From assembly GCA_964035545.1 (NCBI GenBank), contig OZ037772.1:5810689-5874688 (forward strand): a DNA stretch of 64,000 nucleotides, written 5' to 3'. The stretch is from Bugula neritina. Lineage: Eukaryota > Animalia > Bryozoa. The notes beneath the pieces were generated by a model. That model did not search any database and was not told the DNA's origin. It saw only the letters and a program-made list of their open reading frames with translations. The first letter of the stretch is position 1; the number at the start of each line of letters is the position of its first letter. Of this stretch, positions 30,765 to 45,500 are shown in pieces. The translations under genes were made by a program, and so were the position numbers.

Positions 30765-31023
30765 TTGTAAAGTCTGCAGATTTAATCCAGTTTCTTGTCT
30801 AACCTAGAGAGGGGTGGAACATACTGCCCGTTAGGTTTGACCACTTTCGTGATGATGAAAAGTGATATATCGTTGTGTCATATATATGAGATAATATGCC
30901 GTCACAGGATTGCTATGATTGGAGACTGATACATGTATGCTACAGGTACACATTGTCACTGTGCCTTCACTATGACCACATAGTCTGGCAGGAATTGTTT
31001 TGATCCTGTTGATTTTCCTGGGT
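30765..31023 (-). pseudogene. Decayed D1 exon of a second IgR2 module
   Basis: Acceptor ttctcag at 31024. Frameshifted and stop-interrupted translation FLPDYVVI / EGTVTMCTCSIHVSVSNHSNPVTAYYL ... T*RAVCSTPL*V ... WIKSAD aligns with IgR2 D1 [35 protein letters not shown]...[20 protein letters not shown]. The 3' boundary is approximate. Confidence 0.75.
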
Positions 31024-31103
31024 CTGAGAAAGAATTAAAATTAGTATTAATTTTGCATAAATTGAGTTATTTTATCTGTTTTACATCAGGTTTGCAACAT
31101 TTT

Positions 31104-31174
<71 letters not shown>

Positions 31175-31716
31175 TACGATTTTAGCTGGTCTAGCTTTTA
31201 CATTTGTTCAAATGATCATTAGTATACATTGTTTTATTAAGGCTACTTCCTTACTATTTAAATTAGCAAGTAAGGAGTAGAGAGCCTTTCATCTAAAAAT
31301 ATGATGTTAGTAGGAAAGAAAAAGCTTTAAAGTTTTTCACAATGAACTTCAGGTTTGATGCAATACAATGCGATATTTTGTTTTTTCAATGCGATTTGGC
31401 AGTTTTGCAATCAATGATTGCACGCGTCACACCCATTGAAAGTTTTTTACCTTTTCTCAACATGTTTTCATAATTAATCTCTTTCAAATTTTTAGAACGC
31501 ATTTTGTTATCATTACTATATCAAAAGTTTCATCTTGACACTTGCAACACAACTCAATAAATATATGTGATTATATCTTGTTGCCCATAAACTATAATAA
31601 CGCAACTAATAAAGACATATCTACATAAATACCTTTAAGGATCATTTTTATAATATGAGTTGCAAGGATCTCAACATCATTTTAAGTCTCTACCCAAAAT
31701 TACGATGCTTTCAACA

Positions 31717-31925
31717 AACAGCCGTGGTTTAAAGATTAGAGTGTTTGCCTAGTAAACACGAGGTCATGGGTTTAAGCCCTGACAAAGGCCATTGGTGATG
31801 TTAGGAACTGCATCCAGTCATGATTGCTCCTGTGCCTCATCTTGATAAATTTTTAGGGCAATTTAACAAAAGCCCTTTCATCAGGAGTTTCTCACAAGGA
31901 TGGTGACTATAAACTTGCGTGAGTT
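31717..31925 (+). mobile_element. SINE family 2 copy
   Basis: Same head and body as 25951-26160. Confidence 0.7.
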
Positions 31926-33322
31926 ACCGTACATAAACACTTTTAGAAATTGAATTTACATGCATACACCCAAGTCCAATCACCAATTGCTATTGAACTC
32001 TCAAAGCAAGCTCTGGAATTGCAACCAAACTATGCATATCAGAATTTCAAGTAACTGCCTTGCTGAGGTTGTGTTATTAGTATATAAAAATTCAGTCCCC
32101 CCGCCAAATAAAACCTCAACTAGTTGCACTAGAATCAAAATTTAAAAACCATACTGTAGATCTTTTTGTTCCTCAAAGCAACTTTTTTAAAATTTTTTAT
32201 TTGCAAGTTTTTGCAAAGTTATAGACAAAAAACTTTCCATTTTTGCCCCAACTTGACTGAAAAATCGATTTTTCAGTCTGTCAAATATCTCACCAGAAAA
32301 GCATGGTATTCGAATAAAACAAACATTGTCGAAGTCCTGAGAAATTTCTTAAAAGTAAATTTTATCACTCTCAAATTATTATTAAAAATAGTGCATGCAT
32401 GGTGTGCTAAATTAGATTATAAAATAATTATAGTGTGAAACTGTGAAGATGATTTATTCTGCCCATGACCACATGTTTCATGTTTTTGGATTTAAATTAA
32501 AAATTTACCTCTGCCGTGCATACCGAAAAAATGGTTAGCTTTATTCTTCATACTTCTCAACTTTTGTCTTTGCTCAATTATAGAGTGAATCAAGGTGTCC
32601 TCTAAGATAAAGTAAGATCTTAACTAAAGTATGATTTTAACAGATATGTTGTGGTCGATAGAAGCTATAATTTCTATCCATCACGCTACCATTAACAAAC
32701 TCCTACACACTGGCCAGCTTTTGCAATGAGCACATTCACCTATATAGTCTGAGTATTATCTTTGTAAATATAGTCTGATTATTATTTCCTAGCCAAAATT
32801 TTAGATACTCAGACAGCTTTAATGGTTGTTCAAGTTTTCTACTCCAGAGCTATTGAAGCATATAGTGTGCTATACTCGAGTACTAAAGAGTCATAGTTTC
32901 AATACCTATAGTGCTCAAGTACAAGCCAGTATTGCTCTTCAAACTAATTGAGCCTGCTTCATAATTTACTTTTGATGCATGATCTATTTATTTATGCTTT
33001 AATGTACTTTTATTTTACTAAATTTGAATGAGTATGCATTAGTAAAATTGGAAGAAAATAATAATAACCTAATTATTTTTGCAAAAAATTAACTGACAAA
33101 TGCAATGTAACTTATGTAATTCCTGACAAACTTTCGTTTAGTAAGTAAACTTTTAGGATCTAAAGATTTGGCATGTATTTTCATTAGGATTCATCTGCTC
33201 CATTCAACAATATTTGAGGGTTTTCTAGCATATTCATAGCTAATCCACCAACAGTAAACTCTGACTCCAAGATGACAATGATCTCTTATCCAAAGATCCT
33301 GTTAATATGGTGGTACTTTGCT

Positions 33323-34216
33323 CTATGGTGATTGTGGATATACCCAATTTATTGTGATGTTGTTTCGGGGAAAGTTGTCGTAATCTAGAAATTCAAAGTT
33401 GCTTTGAGTTGAGCAATCCCATAGCAAAACAAAGAATTTTAAGTTATTTACAGGGAAAATTTATAAGTTTGTTGTAGTTGAAACATCAAAATTTGGAAAA
33501 ACGTTTCAATTTTTATTCATCCATTCTTTAGGCACACTATTTTCTGTACATATAAAATTACGAAATAATAATGTAAGAGAACTTTCAACTATAGAGAGCA
33601 TAACAATTTTCAATACAAAAACAATATTTTTTTCACTACTATAAACAGTATTTGTTTACCAGAGAAAGACAATATTATTTTAGAAACAATTTGCCGTAAT
33701 TTATCATTCTGATTAAATTAATATAGCTACTGTAGCTATGAATCAATTATTTTTATTTCTGTTTTCAAAGAAATATATAGAATAATTTTTATATAACAAA
33801 ATTCAGTTATTAAATTGTTGGTAATTCATTTGCATTATTTGTAATAAAAAGTGAGTAGACGAGATTAAAATTTAATTTTTAACTCTGTTGAACATAATTT
33901 CTAAATATTTGTGTTTTATTTTTTTTTCAAGTATTTTTAATGATAAATATGATTACCTGCAGCACCGGGGGATCTGATTCCACAAGTCAGATATGACTTC
34001 TTAGTGAGTGCTTGAGACGTGTCTAAGGTGTAGGTGTTTCCACTAACTAGTTCTTTTTTAATGCCAATCCAAAAGTATTCATAGAAACTGGGAAATAAGC
34101 CAGAATACATGTTGCAACTCAATGTTTTCATTCCTGAGTTAACTTGATATGTCAGTTCAGGGTTTACCGCCCCTGGAGGTGTGAAGTCTAAAAAAACATT
34201 GACATATATTTTTATA

Positions 34217-34273
<57 letters not shown>

Positions 34274-34441
34274 TATATAGGCAATATATTATATATAGGC
34301 CATATATATGTCTGTGTGCTTGTGTGCGTGTGTTTGTGTGCATGTGTTTGTGCGCGCGTGTGTGCGCGCGTGTGTGCGCGCGTGTGTGCGCGTGTGTGCG
34401 CGTGTGTGTGCGTGTGCGCGTGTGTGTGCGCGTGTGTGCGG

Positions 34442-34536
<95 letters not shown>

Positions 34537-37500
34537 TGTGTGTGTAATAATGTATGTTTGTAGATATCAACTTACACACTGTTGGGTTAGCATTATAAAC
34601 AACTTCCACATACAATCCATTGCTGTCTGAGTTGCTGCATGTGACTTTAAACCCTTCTCTGTATTCTCTGGTTGGAGTGAAAATGATACTTTCTTTTTCT
34701 CTTGTGATAGGCTGAATGCCACCGCGACCCTCAATAACTAAAATTTAAAACAAAAGATTTTTTTTCAGAATTTTTATATTTAAGAAACACTCAGAAGATA
34801 AAGAAAAGACTCAAGTAAAAATTTTATTGTTAGAGTATTTTTTAAATATAATTCTGTTTTACCTATCATACATATATTTTATTTATTATTTTGTTATATA
34901 GTTTTTTAAGTAATATTTACGAAACAGCTATAAATTTAATTTTTGGAAATAACCAAATTGTTATACTGCTTTAACATTTTTGTAGTGTTTGATACACAAT
35001 ATTTCCTTATCGCAACAAATTAAGATTGCATTCATCATGATATTTAGCAATTGTCAAATTAGTATACTATAAATAAGTCGGTGATTAGGGCTATAGCTTT
35101 CACTAGTTGCATGTGAAAGCATTTATTGTTGCTAGAATGTTAACTTTTGCAGTTGATGGAGCATAAAACAAATACAACTCTTTTTTAAAAAGCCAACATT
35201 TTCTACTTTAGGGAGCAGTAAATTTGTGTTACCTTTTGTTAATATAATACAGTTACATCTAACAAAAGCAACTAAAAATATGTAACGTAAACAAACTATA
35301 CTCTGTTTTGTTGTATTTTTTATATAAGTTTACCATGCACTTACTTTAACTTAATGAAATCTTTGCTTATAAGATTTTTGAATAAATGTTTCAATACTTG
35401 CCATATCTTAGTTTAAAATCGCGATAGTATCTGGACAGAATGCATCTGATGTGAATCGGCTTGCCTTCAAATGGGACATCGTCGTCATCTTTTGTCATAG
35501 TCAAGTACGGTCTGGGTACTTCAAATGTAAAAATATAAAGTCAAACAGTTGCATATAGAAAGACACCTTTAGACTGTAAGACAAAATTAAATTAATCTAT
35601 TTACATCTCAACTTTAGAAGTTAAACCGCTTCTCTATAGTAAACACAAAGTCATGGGTTCGAACCCGACAAAGGCCATTGGTAATAATTCAAAGAAAAGA
35701 ATCAAGCTTACGGGCAGCATTTTTAGAATTAGTTCTTAGCCACCAGCTTTAAAAGAAACTATTTCATCATTTCACAGGAATCGTGACTTTAAACGAGTGA
35801 AAGAGTTTTTATTTATATCTTGACATTACAAAAGGTTATCGGCCCAGGTTTACTATGGTAGGTAACTAATATACTCATGGCAAGCAATTCTTAGCAAACA
35901 AGCTCTCTCCATCTACCCACAGTACTTAGAAATTTAAAATGTTGACATAAAATATTGCCTAATTGTAGTATTTCAGAAACAAGACAAGCACTACACTTTG
36001 TATGTGACTATTTATAAAAGTCAACAATCAGCGCAGGCCACTATACAGCAGTTTAGCTGCTAGAATCTGAATCTGCCATGCAAAGTCAGCTTCGAGTTTA
36101 TTCTTCCAGGAGGAATAGCATATACATGTAATAATTACCATGATGTTCCTTCATTATTATGATATATTGTATGGTACTGTATACATGAATATTATAACAT
36201 AATACTTTGTGGCTGCAACTCAGAACGATTCATGATTAATAAATATCTATAATTATTTTATATAATAAGCAAATGAAACTTTTGTTTATTTTTTTGTTTT
36301 GCTTATTTAAACTTATCACTACAAATTCTTTTAGCTGGCTTCGTCTTTTCAATTTGCTTTTATGCTACATTCAGCATCAAGTAAGCCTGTATAATATTTT
36401 ATGCTTTATTCTAAAAAGAATTCATAGTCTGAATTGGACATATAATGTTTTCAGTTGATGTTTATTTCCCCCCTACATTAAACACATTTTTCTGGCAACT
36501 TTAACATTTTTTTAGTAAACTTTTTAACAAATTTATTGTACTTGTCATCAACAGCTTGCGAAAGCTTTTTCACACATATATATTCTTAGTGATGAGTGAG
36601 TTTACCCAGCAGTCCCCTGGTGCAAGCCGGAGGTATGTGGTTCGAATCCCGGTTGAGCAATTTTTTTTTCTATGATTATGTTTTTCTAAGCGATTTTAGC
36701 AATTAATACCATAGTAGTACATTGTATACTCAAATTAATGTAATAATTATTTCTCTGATAGCATTAGGAGCTTAGCACATACTGAAGTACAGTTTTAGAA
36801 TTCTGTTCCAGAGCTCATCACAATGATATACAATGACTCAGTTTGTATTTTTTACACAGTGTGAACCCATAAAAGTTAGCCAAATACTTTTTAGTTATAG
36901 AGTCATCCATGGCAACATGCCAACTTTGCCCTTGATGCAGACTTTGTTATTATTTACATAGAGTAGACCTACACATGTCTATAGCACTGCTGGGCCTATA
37001 ATTATTTTGGCCCGACACAATTACAATTTTTTTAAAAACTGACTATTTTTGTAAAAAGTTAAAGAATATTTAAACTTCAAGTTTGTTCTCAACTTTAGAC
37101 TTACATGCTCGTCGATGAATATAGTCCCATATAGAAACAACTACGCCATCAGCATAGCATGTTAGTTTTTCCATGTCATCGCTTACAATAAACTTGGTTG
37201 TCAAGGTCAGCGTGCTCGCTATCCTGTATGAGCACTGGCTCTCAGACACCTCTCCGCAAGTTCTCGTACTGACGGAATCTCGAACGGGACACGTAAAGTT
37301 CAGGAAGATGCTGTCTACAGACTTAGTCCACCTTCTCTGCACATCGAGAGGGGTGGAGCAGGAGGCCCGATGTACTGCCCTGTTTTTCATTTCTAAGACT
37401 AGTTCTACCGTTGTGCTGTGCTGCAGAAAGAAGGGAGTTACAGGATCTCTATAATCGTACACAGAAGATCTGATTTTACAGGTGTACCCTATTTCTGTTC

Positions 37501-37560
37501 CTGCACTGGCAGTGACATAATCCGGGGGAAATTCTCTTGTTAGCCTCGAACTTCTGTCCT
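33323..37560 (-). CDS. IgR2: paralog with one intact three-Ig module, ending without a TM (secreted form or pseudogene); signal exon not found
   Basis: Exons 37560-37105 (D1, 456 nt), 35518-35402 (117 nt, GC donor GCAAGT), 34737-34576, 34187-33957 (231 nt), 33384-33323 ([20 protein letters not shown]). The 456, 117 and 231 nt exons match IgR1 exon sizes. Confidence 0.7.
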
Positions 37561-40500
37561 CTGAAAAATTTAAAAAACTCATAACTATTATTGCATGAGC
37601 TAATCTATTTTATCTGCTTCAACGTTCAGCTGAATATTAGCAATAGTGAGAGTGGAGCTAGTTAAGTCATGGGTCTAAGTGAACCACATGCTTTAAAGTA
37701 TAAAACGTTTTATTTATTTCATTGTATTATATTGAATCATTTACTTGAGAGCTCTCTACATAAACTACCAAGTTTCTTGAAATATATATGACTTTAAACA
37801 AATAATAATGTGTAGCTAGGTTAGTGTTTTAACACATTTTTTATAAGAAACAGCAAAAATTAAACTTATTTTTCGAGTATGCAAAGTTGTATAGTTTTCA
37901 ATTTTCATTAGCCCAGTCAAATATGGTTGCAATCTGGAGGTATGCGGTTCAAATCTCGGTTGGACAAATATTTTTTTTACGATTATGTTTTTTAAACACT
38001 TTTATAGCTAATGCCATAGTAGTACATTCTATATTCAGAATATTACTTTTGTAATGCTAAATTTATTTTAAGTCCTCCTAGTAATAGTTGTTTCTCTGAT
38101 ATCCAGAGCTTATAACTTGAGGCATGTATTGTCAAAATGATTTCATAGCTGGGTATAATGGCCTAAAGTTGCAGATATTTTCCATATACTACAGATATTG
38201 GCAATAATTTGTAGCATAACTGTATATGGAGATACTTAAGCTTTTTTAGTATAGTGAAGTCAGTTGAACTATATTATAATATGTACATAAATTATGTTTA
38301 ACATGAAGTGAAAACTTAAAGATTTAAAATTATTTTGCCAGATTTGCCACGTGTCAGACAAATGTATATCATGTAGTTTTTACATCAACTCAGTTACTTA
38401 AATTCTTGTCTTATCTTTTATTAAAAGTGTGTTCATTGAAATAAATTAAAGAATAGTATAATTAAGAAGCCTCTTTGCAAATTATATTAATTTTATAAAA
38501 AGTAGAACTTGTTCCCAAGTGTTGATGGTGTGAGATTTTGCATTCTCAGTATACTACTCTCTCAACACAACCAATTCAAAATTTTAACTGTTTTTCAATG
38601 TACCGCAATTGTTTGCAATTTCTTGATAAAATAGGTTGTCTTTTTCCCAGACTTCACAAATACATTTTAATTATCCCTGCATCGAGATAGTTACATTTCA
38701 ACACTCTACTTTTTATACAACTAAATAATCATAACTAATAAAACACTATACATTGCACTACTTTTGAAAAAGGTTATCCAAATTTGATGAACGTGTAGTG
38801 TTTAAGTGCCGAGCAGACAGAAATTTGAACCTCAAGTAGAAAAGGTGTTCACTGAACGTAGTATGCAGTCAGTAAAATCGAAAAACTACTAGTTAATAAT
38901 GTTAGTGTTTAACTCTACTGCTCTTTCTCTGGCTCTGCTTGCGGAAGAAACTAAATTTTCATTTTTAAATCTCACTAGCTTTCAATAAAACAAAATTTAA
39001 TGAAATGAAGCACTAAATAAAAAAAAAATGGGGATGCTAAAAAACTACCAGCCAGTTAGGTGCCGACGACAAAAAATATTTGCACTCTTTGTCCAGAATG
39101 CTGAGCAACAAGTGCAAATATTTTCTCAATCCATACAGTGGCCACCTTTTCTATTTGTAGTACACATTTCTGCTTGCGAAAATAAGCACAGTGCGGCCTT
39201 ACGCTTCCTGTTGAATCATAGGCCATTACGACTAAATTATGTATGCATTATATTATCAAGTTATTTAAACTGTATGTTAAGGTTAATTACCGTGAAATAC
39301 GGTCTGACAGAAGTGAACAAGTGCCATCACAAGCAGACCGCTGATATACCTTGACTCCATTACAGTGATGACTAGTATACAGAATGAACAGTCCTTACAA
39401 TGTTATAATCTCTCAACTTATATAACCTTAACACCAATAATGTTAAACAATAGTTTCTAATATTCTCTTGTAATTGTTGAATTTTTACGAAACAAAGTTA
39501 TCTGATTTTCTTTTTAATTCCAATTAAAATTTATTGAAGTATATTATTATAACATAGTGCATAGGCTATAGCTATAGTGTACTATGTTGCAAAATAAAAT
39601 TTTATTGTAAAACTTTATCACATGATTGAAAAATCTACTGCTAGAAATGTGAAAAAATTAACACCCCATTTGTGTTTTAATATTTCATTAAAAAGAGAAC
39701 TTTCATTTTTGCAGCTTGCTGAAAAAAAATCTTGCTTTCTTTGTTTCTCCTCAACTGTGAATTTTGCTCTAATAAAATGACTATGTAATAAATTAAGGTG
39801 CCTCTCCATATATATAATGTAGCTAGAAATAACAGTTCCATCATTTTGTTTATAAATTATCTGATGCAATTTGTTTTAGAGGATGGAGGTTTTTTCTACA
39901 TATTTCACGAGCTACTACACACACTGGCATGCCTTTGGCTAGCTATAGTCTGAGTGTATATGTTATTTCTGCAGATGAACTCACGCTAATTTATAGTCGC
40001 TATTCCTGTGAGAAATCCCTAGGCTAATGACTGATTTTAAATGAGGCACATAAGCAAATATATATGACTGAATGCTCCTTGTAACATCACCAAAAGTTTT
40101 TGTCTGTAAGTAGTTTAAGTTATATTCTGTTACCAAAATTATTAGCATATCTTGTAAATACTCATATGATAGCTTAAGGCACGTTATGACCATGTGATAA
40201 TTTTACGCAGATTTATTTCTGTCATATGAGGTTTATTACAGAATTGCAGATTTTCTCTTAGGATATAGTCAATATATTTGTCTATGACAAGCACAGCTAT
40301 AAGCATTTTCATTGGTGCTGCAATTTATTTGAGTTTGTTTCAGAAGTTGTTCCCACATGATTTCTAGATGTTACTTGTTTCCTTATATTATGCTTATGCC
40401 ACATTGTCCGATTAATAAAAATTTTGAAAATTCACATAATGTTACATTATTATATAATATAATATATTATGTAATCCTAATACTATTTTTATTGAAATTA

Positions 40501-42506
40501 ATTGTAGTTTTGCATATCATGCATTATATTGAACTATGCAATATTTTTAACATGTTATACACAGTCATATAATATCCAATTTCACTACAGAATTAAATTT
40601 TACTTTAATAATATGTTACTTTGTTGGATAGTATGTTATGTTGTATTATGATTAGTTATATATTTATATTATATTGAGTTTTACCATATTATAAACTGTA
40701 TTATATTGTTTTACATTATTTTATATAATCATTATAATATAGCATATTGCATCATAAAATATTATTTCATAATTAGCATGCTATACATTATATAACAACA
40801 TTTTTCATGACGTACAGTCTAATATTGTTTATATTGTGGAATTGCGCTCCCATGTCAAGACATTGCTGTGATTGACAACTATTGAGCTAAATATTATTAT
40901 TATAAAGCAAATATTAATCTTAAAAGTTATTTTAAAGGCTACCAGTAACAAAAAGCAAGATCTATATTGCTTATTTTTATTAAAATGTTGTTAGTACCGG
41001 ATGATTTTCATCATTATGTTAAAATAACAATACTGGCTCAAAATTTAGTAGAAAAACTAAACTCAGTTACTTTATAGAGAATTATTGTATTTAATGTCCC
41101 ATTTATATGTATAATATCTATCTTGTATATATTGAGCAAAACATAGGAATTGCAATAACTATAATCGTCTCACCATTTCTATCGTAATTTCTGTAATGTA
41201 CTACATCGTGTTAAGTTTTATTGTAGCATAAAATTATTTTATATCATACTACATCATCTGACATATTATACATTTATAATGTCACATGATCCTCCATATA
41301 GCTCACATTTCAAATTTCACATAAGTTGAGGGAAAGACTTTATAACCCTCTGCATATTCTACAGTTTGTCACAAAGGTTTCAACTCTCACAGTTTATAAA
41401 TGAGATATAGAGGAAGCATTGCAGCATGCTGTCTTTCGCTAAGTATAATAGTAAAAGAAATTGCTTCCATTACTTGTTATATGCTTTGTTTATTATTGCA
41501 ACAGCTTGCAGCTTGTTGTGGCTGCGGTATTGTATTTTGTTTTCTAATTCACTTTTCCTCTAATGAATAGCGCAGCTTTTGCACTTGGTTTGTTTTGACA
41601 AAATAACTCCAATGTAATATTATATGCAACATTGCATTGTATTATAATTATATGATATTATTCAATTTAATACATTGTGTTATAACTTATTGTATTATAT
41701 AAATTTTTGTTGCATTATACTATATTAAAAACTATATTTTATTATAAAAATTAATTATGTTGTCTATTTTATGTTTCAGAATTTAAGTTTAGTTTCAAGC
41801 ACCTAAATTGAATCAAATCAAGTTCAGCTGACAATATATAATGTTACAATTATTAAAGTGTTCTCTCGTGATCTTTTCAAAAGAAATTTAAGAAATCTGA
41901 AAGGTACTCTAATTGACATAAGCATTTTGCCATTCTATTAATATAACCTGGATGACCATAACTCACATAAATTTTCCGCAGCTATAAGAATATTCTTTGA
42001 TGCGTAATGTACAAGCTGTAATATTAAAAAAAATTGGATAATTATATTTATTATTATTATTAATGATACAATTGGAACATTTTAATATATATTTTGTAGT
42101 TTATAGACGCAGATGAAATATTGACGAAATGAGTATACAATTTAATTTTTATAAAGGTAGTTCTACATATAAATATATGTGAAAATTAAAAAATATTATC
42201 GTTTTTCCTGGTAACTAAAATAAATATTTAAATATAAAGTTATTGCATTTAGTTTAGCATCCTAATTTTGCACATTTAATTAACATTTGTATTTATAATA
42301 CTAAAAAGACACAGAATAATATAAAGATAGATATTAAACTATATAATTTAGGATAACTTATCGGGCAATTCTGGAATCAATATAAAACATTTTCGAAACT
42401 TTTCAATGTCCAGCGTAGATCTAGAGAGCAGATTTAAATAAAAGCAGTCTTTGGAAGCATCACTCTTATTGGTCAGTCATTTGTAAGCATCACTTCTATT
42501 GGTCAC

Positions 42507-45500
42507 TTATTGGGTGTAGGATGTCTTTTGCACATGTGTTGCCTTATCCTGGTAAATAAATCAAATTGTTTTTCAGTCACAGGGAAGAGCGGAAGCTACA
42601 GTTTTTAGTCACACTGTGAGATGTGAGATATGCATGTGAGTGAACTGCAATTTCTCAGTTTTGAAATAATTTTATCAACGATTCGAGCATTGTAGCAAAT
42701 CCATAGATAGCAGAAGTTTTTACAAACACCAACTCAACTTTTCGAAATATTGAAATACACTGTAGTTGCTAACTAAGCTTAGGTGGATTGATTGTGTAAA
42801 AATCAACGAGCAAGCAATTAGTAACGATAAACATATTTTGAAGGTATAGGTGCAGTAAGGGAAAAATTGAGAAAAGCCTGCGTTCTAGATTAGAAATGTA
42901 GCAAAAGAAGTTATGTTCTTGCAAGAATTTAAATTTACGCCCCAAACCAAAGTTTATAAGGAATTTTGAAGAACTTAGGCTTTCTCAATTTCTCCAATAT
43001 GGTGCTCATAAATGTGTTTTTGTCAAAATTTGAAAGTCTCAAATATTCTACTTGTATAAAATAGAAAAGTGACTTACCTCCCCTGAGGGGTTCACCAGCG
43101 TGGTCACCACTTGTCCTCCTGTACCCCAGCTCTCCAGGTCATACTCAAAAGCTCCAGCAGGGCCTTTGCCCCTGGCATATATTTTCACACTCCTTGTATC
43201 ACGGCTATGCCCCAGAACCATGTCTTCAGGGAACTCAAAGTAGGGGAGTACTTTGTTATCAACCTGAATGAAATAGGTAGAACACAGGCTACAGAAACCA
43301 GTAAAAATATGCTCCATTTTATTAAAGAAAGCTAATTTTAGTTTAACTTTTCAAATGTATTTCACGCAAGAAGCAAATGACTTGTCTGCTATAGCTGTTT
43401 ATTTAAAAGTTGTTGAATGCCAACCGCAAGATACTAAGATTATGTTGACTATCTTGGCAGTTATGGATTTTAATTCGTACTAACACTTTACTCATTTATT
43501 TGCTAAATGAATTTTACTTCCTGTGAGAGAAGTTTATTACTGTATTCATTTAAAACTTTGATGTCTTTTTTCTTACTTTTCTAGAGATTCTCCAACCGCC
43601 AATGGATTCGTCTTTCCTTCCGGTGTTCTCTACTTCCACCCACAGACCGGTTGGTTCCGTCTGACTAATAGCCAGAGGTCCTTTAGCTGACCTTTGGAAG
43701 GTCGTCTTCTGAGACATAGATCCTGCTGTGATAGCACCTGCACGAGAAGATAACTTTGGTCAGGTGATAATTTGCAAACTATTGTCTAGTTTAAAATAAA
43801 CCTATTCTTAAACTTATTGCAATGCACGTACTTGAATATATAACCAACATACTCATTAGGAATAATTTAAGTTTTTTAAACTGCTTCATTTTTAAAGGAT
43901 AATTTCATGTAATTACTTCTCGCAAACTAGTCCAAAAACAAGCATTTATGCAAATATAAAAATAGCTATTATATGTATAGTACTTCAAAGTTCAAGCTCT
44001 ATTATAATATTATATATTGTTACCATACGTATATACTATCATATTATATCTGCACGAAAAGCTTTTTGTATAGTTATTTGGTATATTTATATATGGTGGA
44101 TCACACTGCATGTACTATCTAGCTCCAAGCAGAATAATGACTGTACAGGTGTGAATCATTATATGAAGTATGATATGTTGATACAGCCAATTGCAATATT
44201 ATGCTTAAGATGATAACTTTGATTAGGAAAATTAAAGAAATATTTTATGTATAGGGTTGTCTTACTTTGACCACCAGAGGAGCCTCCTCCCAACATAGCT
44301 GAAGAGCTGCTAGAGCTTTGCTGGCTGGTCATGGTTTGAGTTATGGTCTCCATTCCTCCCATTGTGTCTCTCATGTTCATTCTACGCATATGAAAATCCA
44401 AAGATATAGTCTGCTAAAAACCTCAATGTTCAGTTGTGTGCCCTTTCTGTATAATTAAGAGTTGCTGGCCGTTCAGTCAGAGAACACAACTCAAAAAGAA
44501 TAAAATTATTTTGATAGCTAATTTATATGTTTTGAAAAACTTCTACTTTTAACAAGACTTACTGCTAAATTTAGATTTTGTAAATTTATATACTTTATGA
44601 CTTCGTAGTTTTGAAACGGCAGTGAATTTACTTATTTATTTTAATAAAATTGAAAAGAGAATTAGTTTGTCTCACCTATTTTCTTCTACTTCCAGGAGTT
44701 TTCTGTAAGCAGCAATCTCAAGCTCCAGAGATAACTTGCTGTCCATCACCACTTCCATTTCTCTCAACATTCTCTCCAGCTCAGCTGTCAACCTTTCAAT
44801 CTCTGACTCATACTTGCTCTTCTCCTCAAACCATTCCCTCATATCCTGCAGAAAACGATTGTAACTCTTTATTCCAATTATCATTCACACATCTTCACTC
44901 TGATCAATTTCAACTCAATTTGTTTACAAAAATTTGATTTTTCCTACTGCACCAACTTAATTTCAAGTTTGTTTAAAGAGCCATTAATATCACAATTGAA
45001 TTAAATAAAACAAATTAGTAAATATTATAACTAATTTACTTTGACAAATTAAATTATTAAATAAAATAATACACAATTTAATTAGTTACTAAGATGGATG
45101 AACTAAATTAAAGCTAAATTGTGAAAAACAATGTGAACTATACACAAACCTCTTCATGCTGTTTAAGTAAGTCCTGGTACTGCTTTTCAAGTATAACATT
45201 TCTGTTTTCAAGCTCATTGACTTGACCTCTCAGATCATTCATCATGGTTTGCATTTTCTTGGTTTCAGTCACCATGTTGTCGAGTCGACTCTGATCCTTA
45301 GCTTGTCCAGTCTTCACTTCCTGGACCTGCAAATAATTTCACCCACTTATTTATGTTACTGATGTTGATTGATAGTTTGCTGTTAATGATTTGTTTGGGC
45401 TCGGTAAAGAAAATTGTCAATCAACTCTGTTAAACTAGTTATTAACTGTACTTAAGTTGCTTTCCAGTCACACTTGTAGGGAATAATTTAAACTAGCAAC

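Noticed and set aside
31940-32510. Possible DNA-transposon remnants (also ~18700-19330, 52850-53100, 58060-58620)
   Set aside because: Compositional hints only; no transposase ORF, TIR pair or TSD that I could establish.
39345-39400. Candidate IgR2 signal exon (GLFILYTSHHCNGVK, minus strand)
   Set aside because: In-frame TAA just upstream, no ATG, and the donor is phase 0 rather than the required phase 1.
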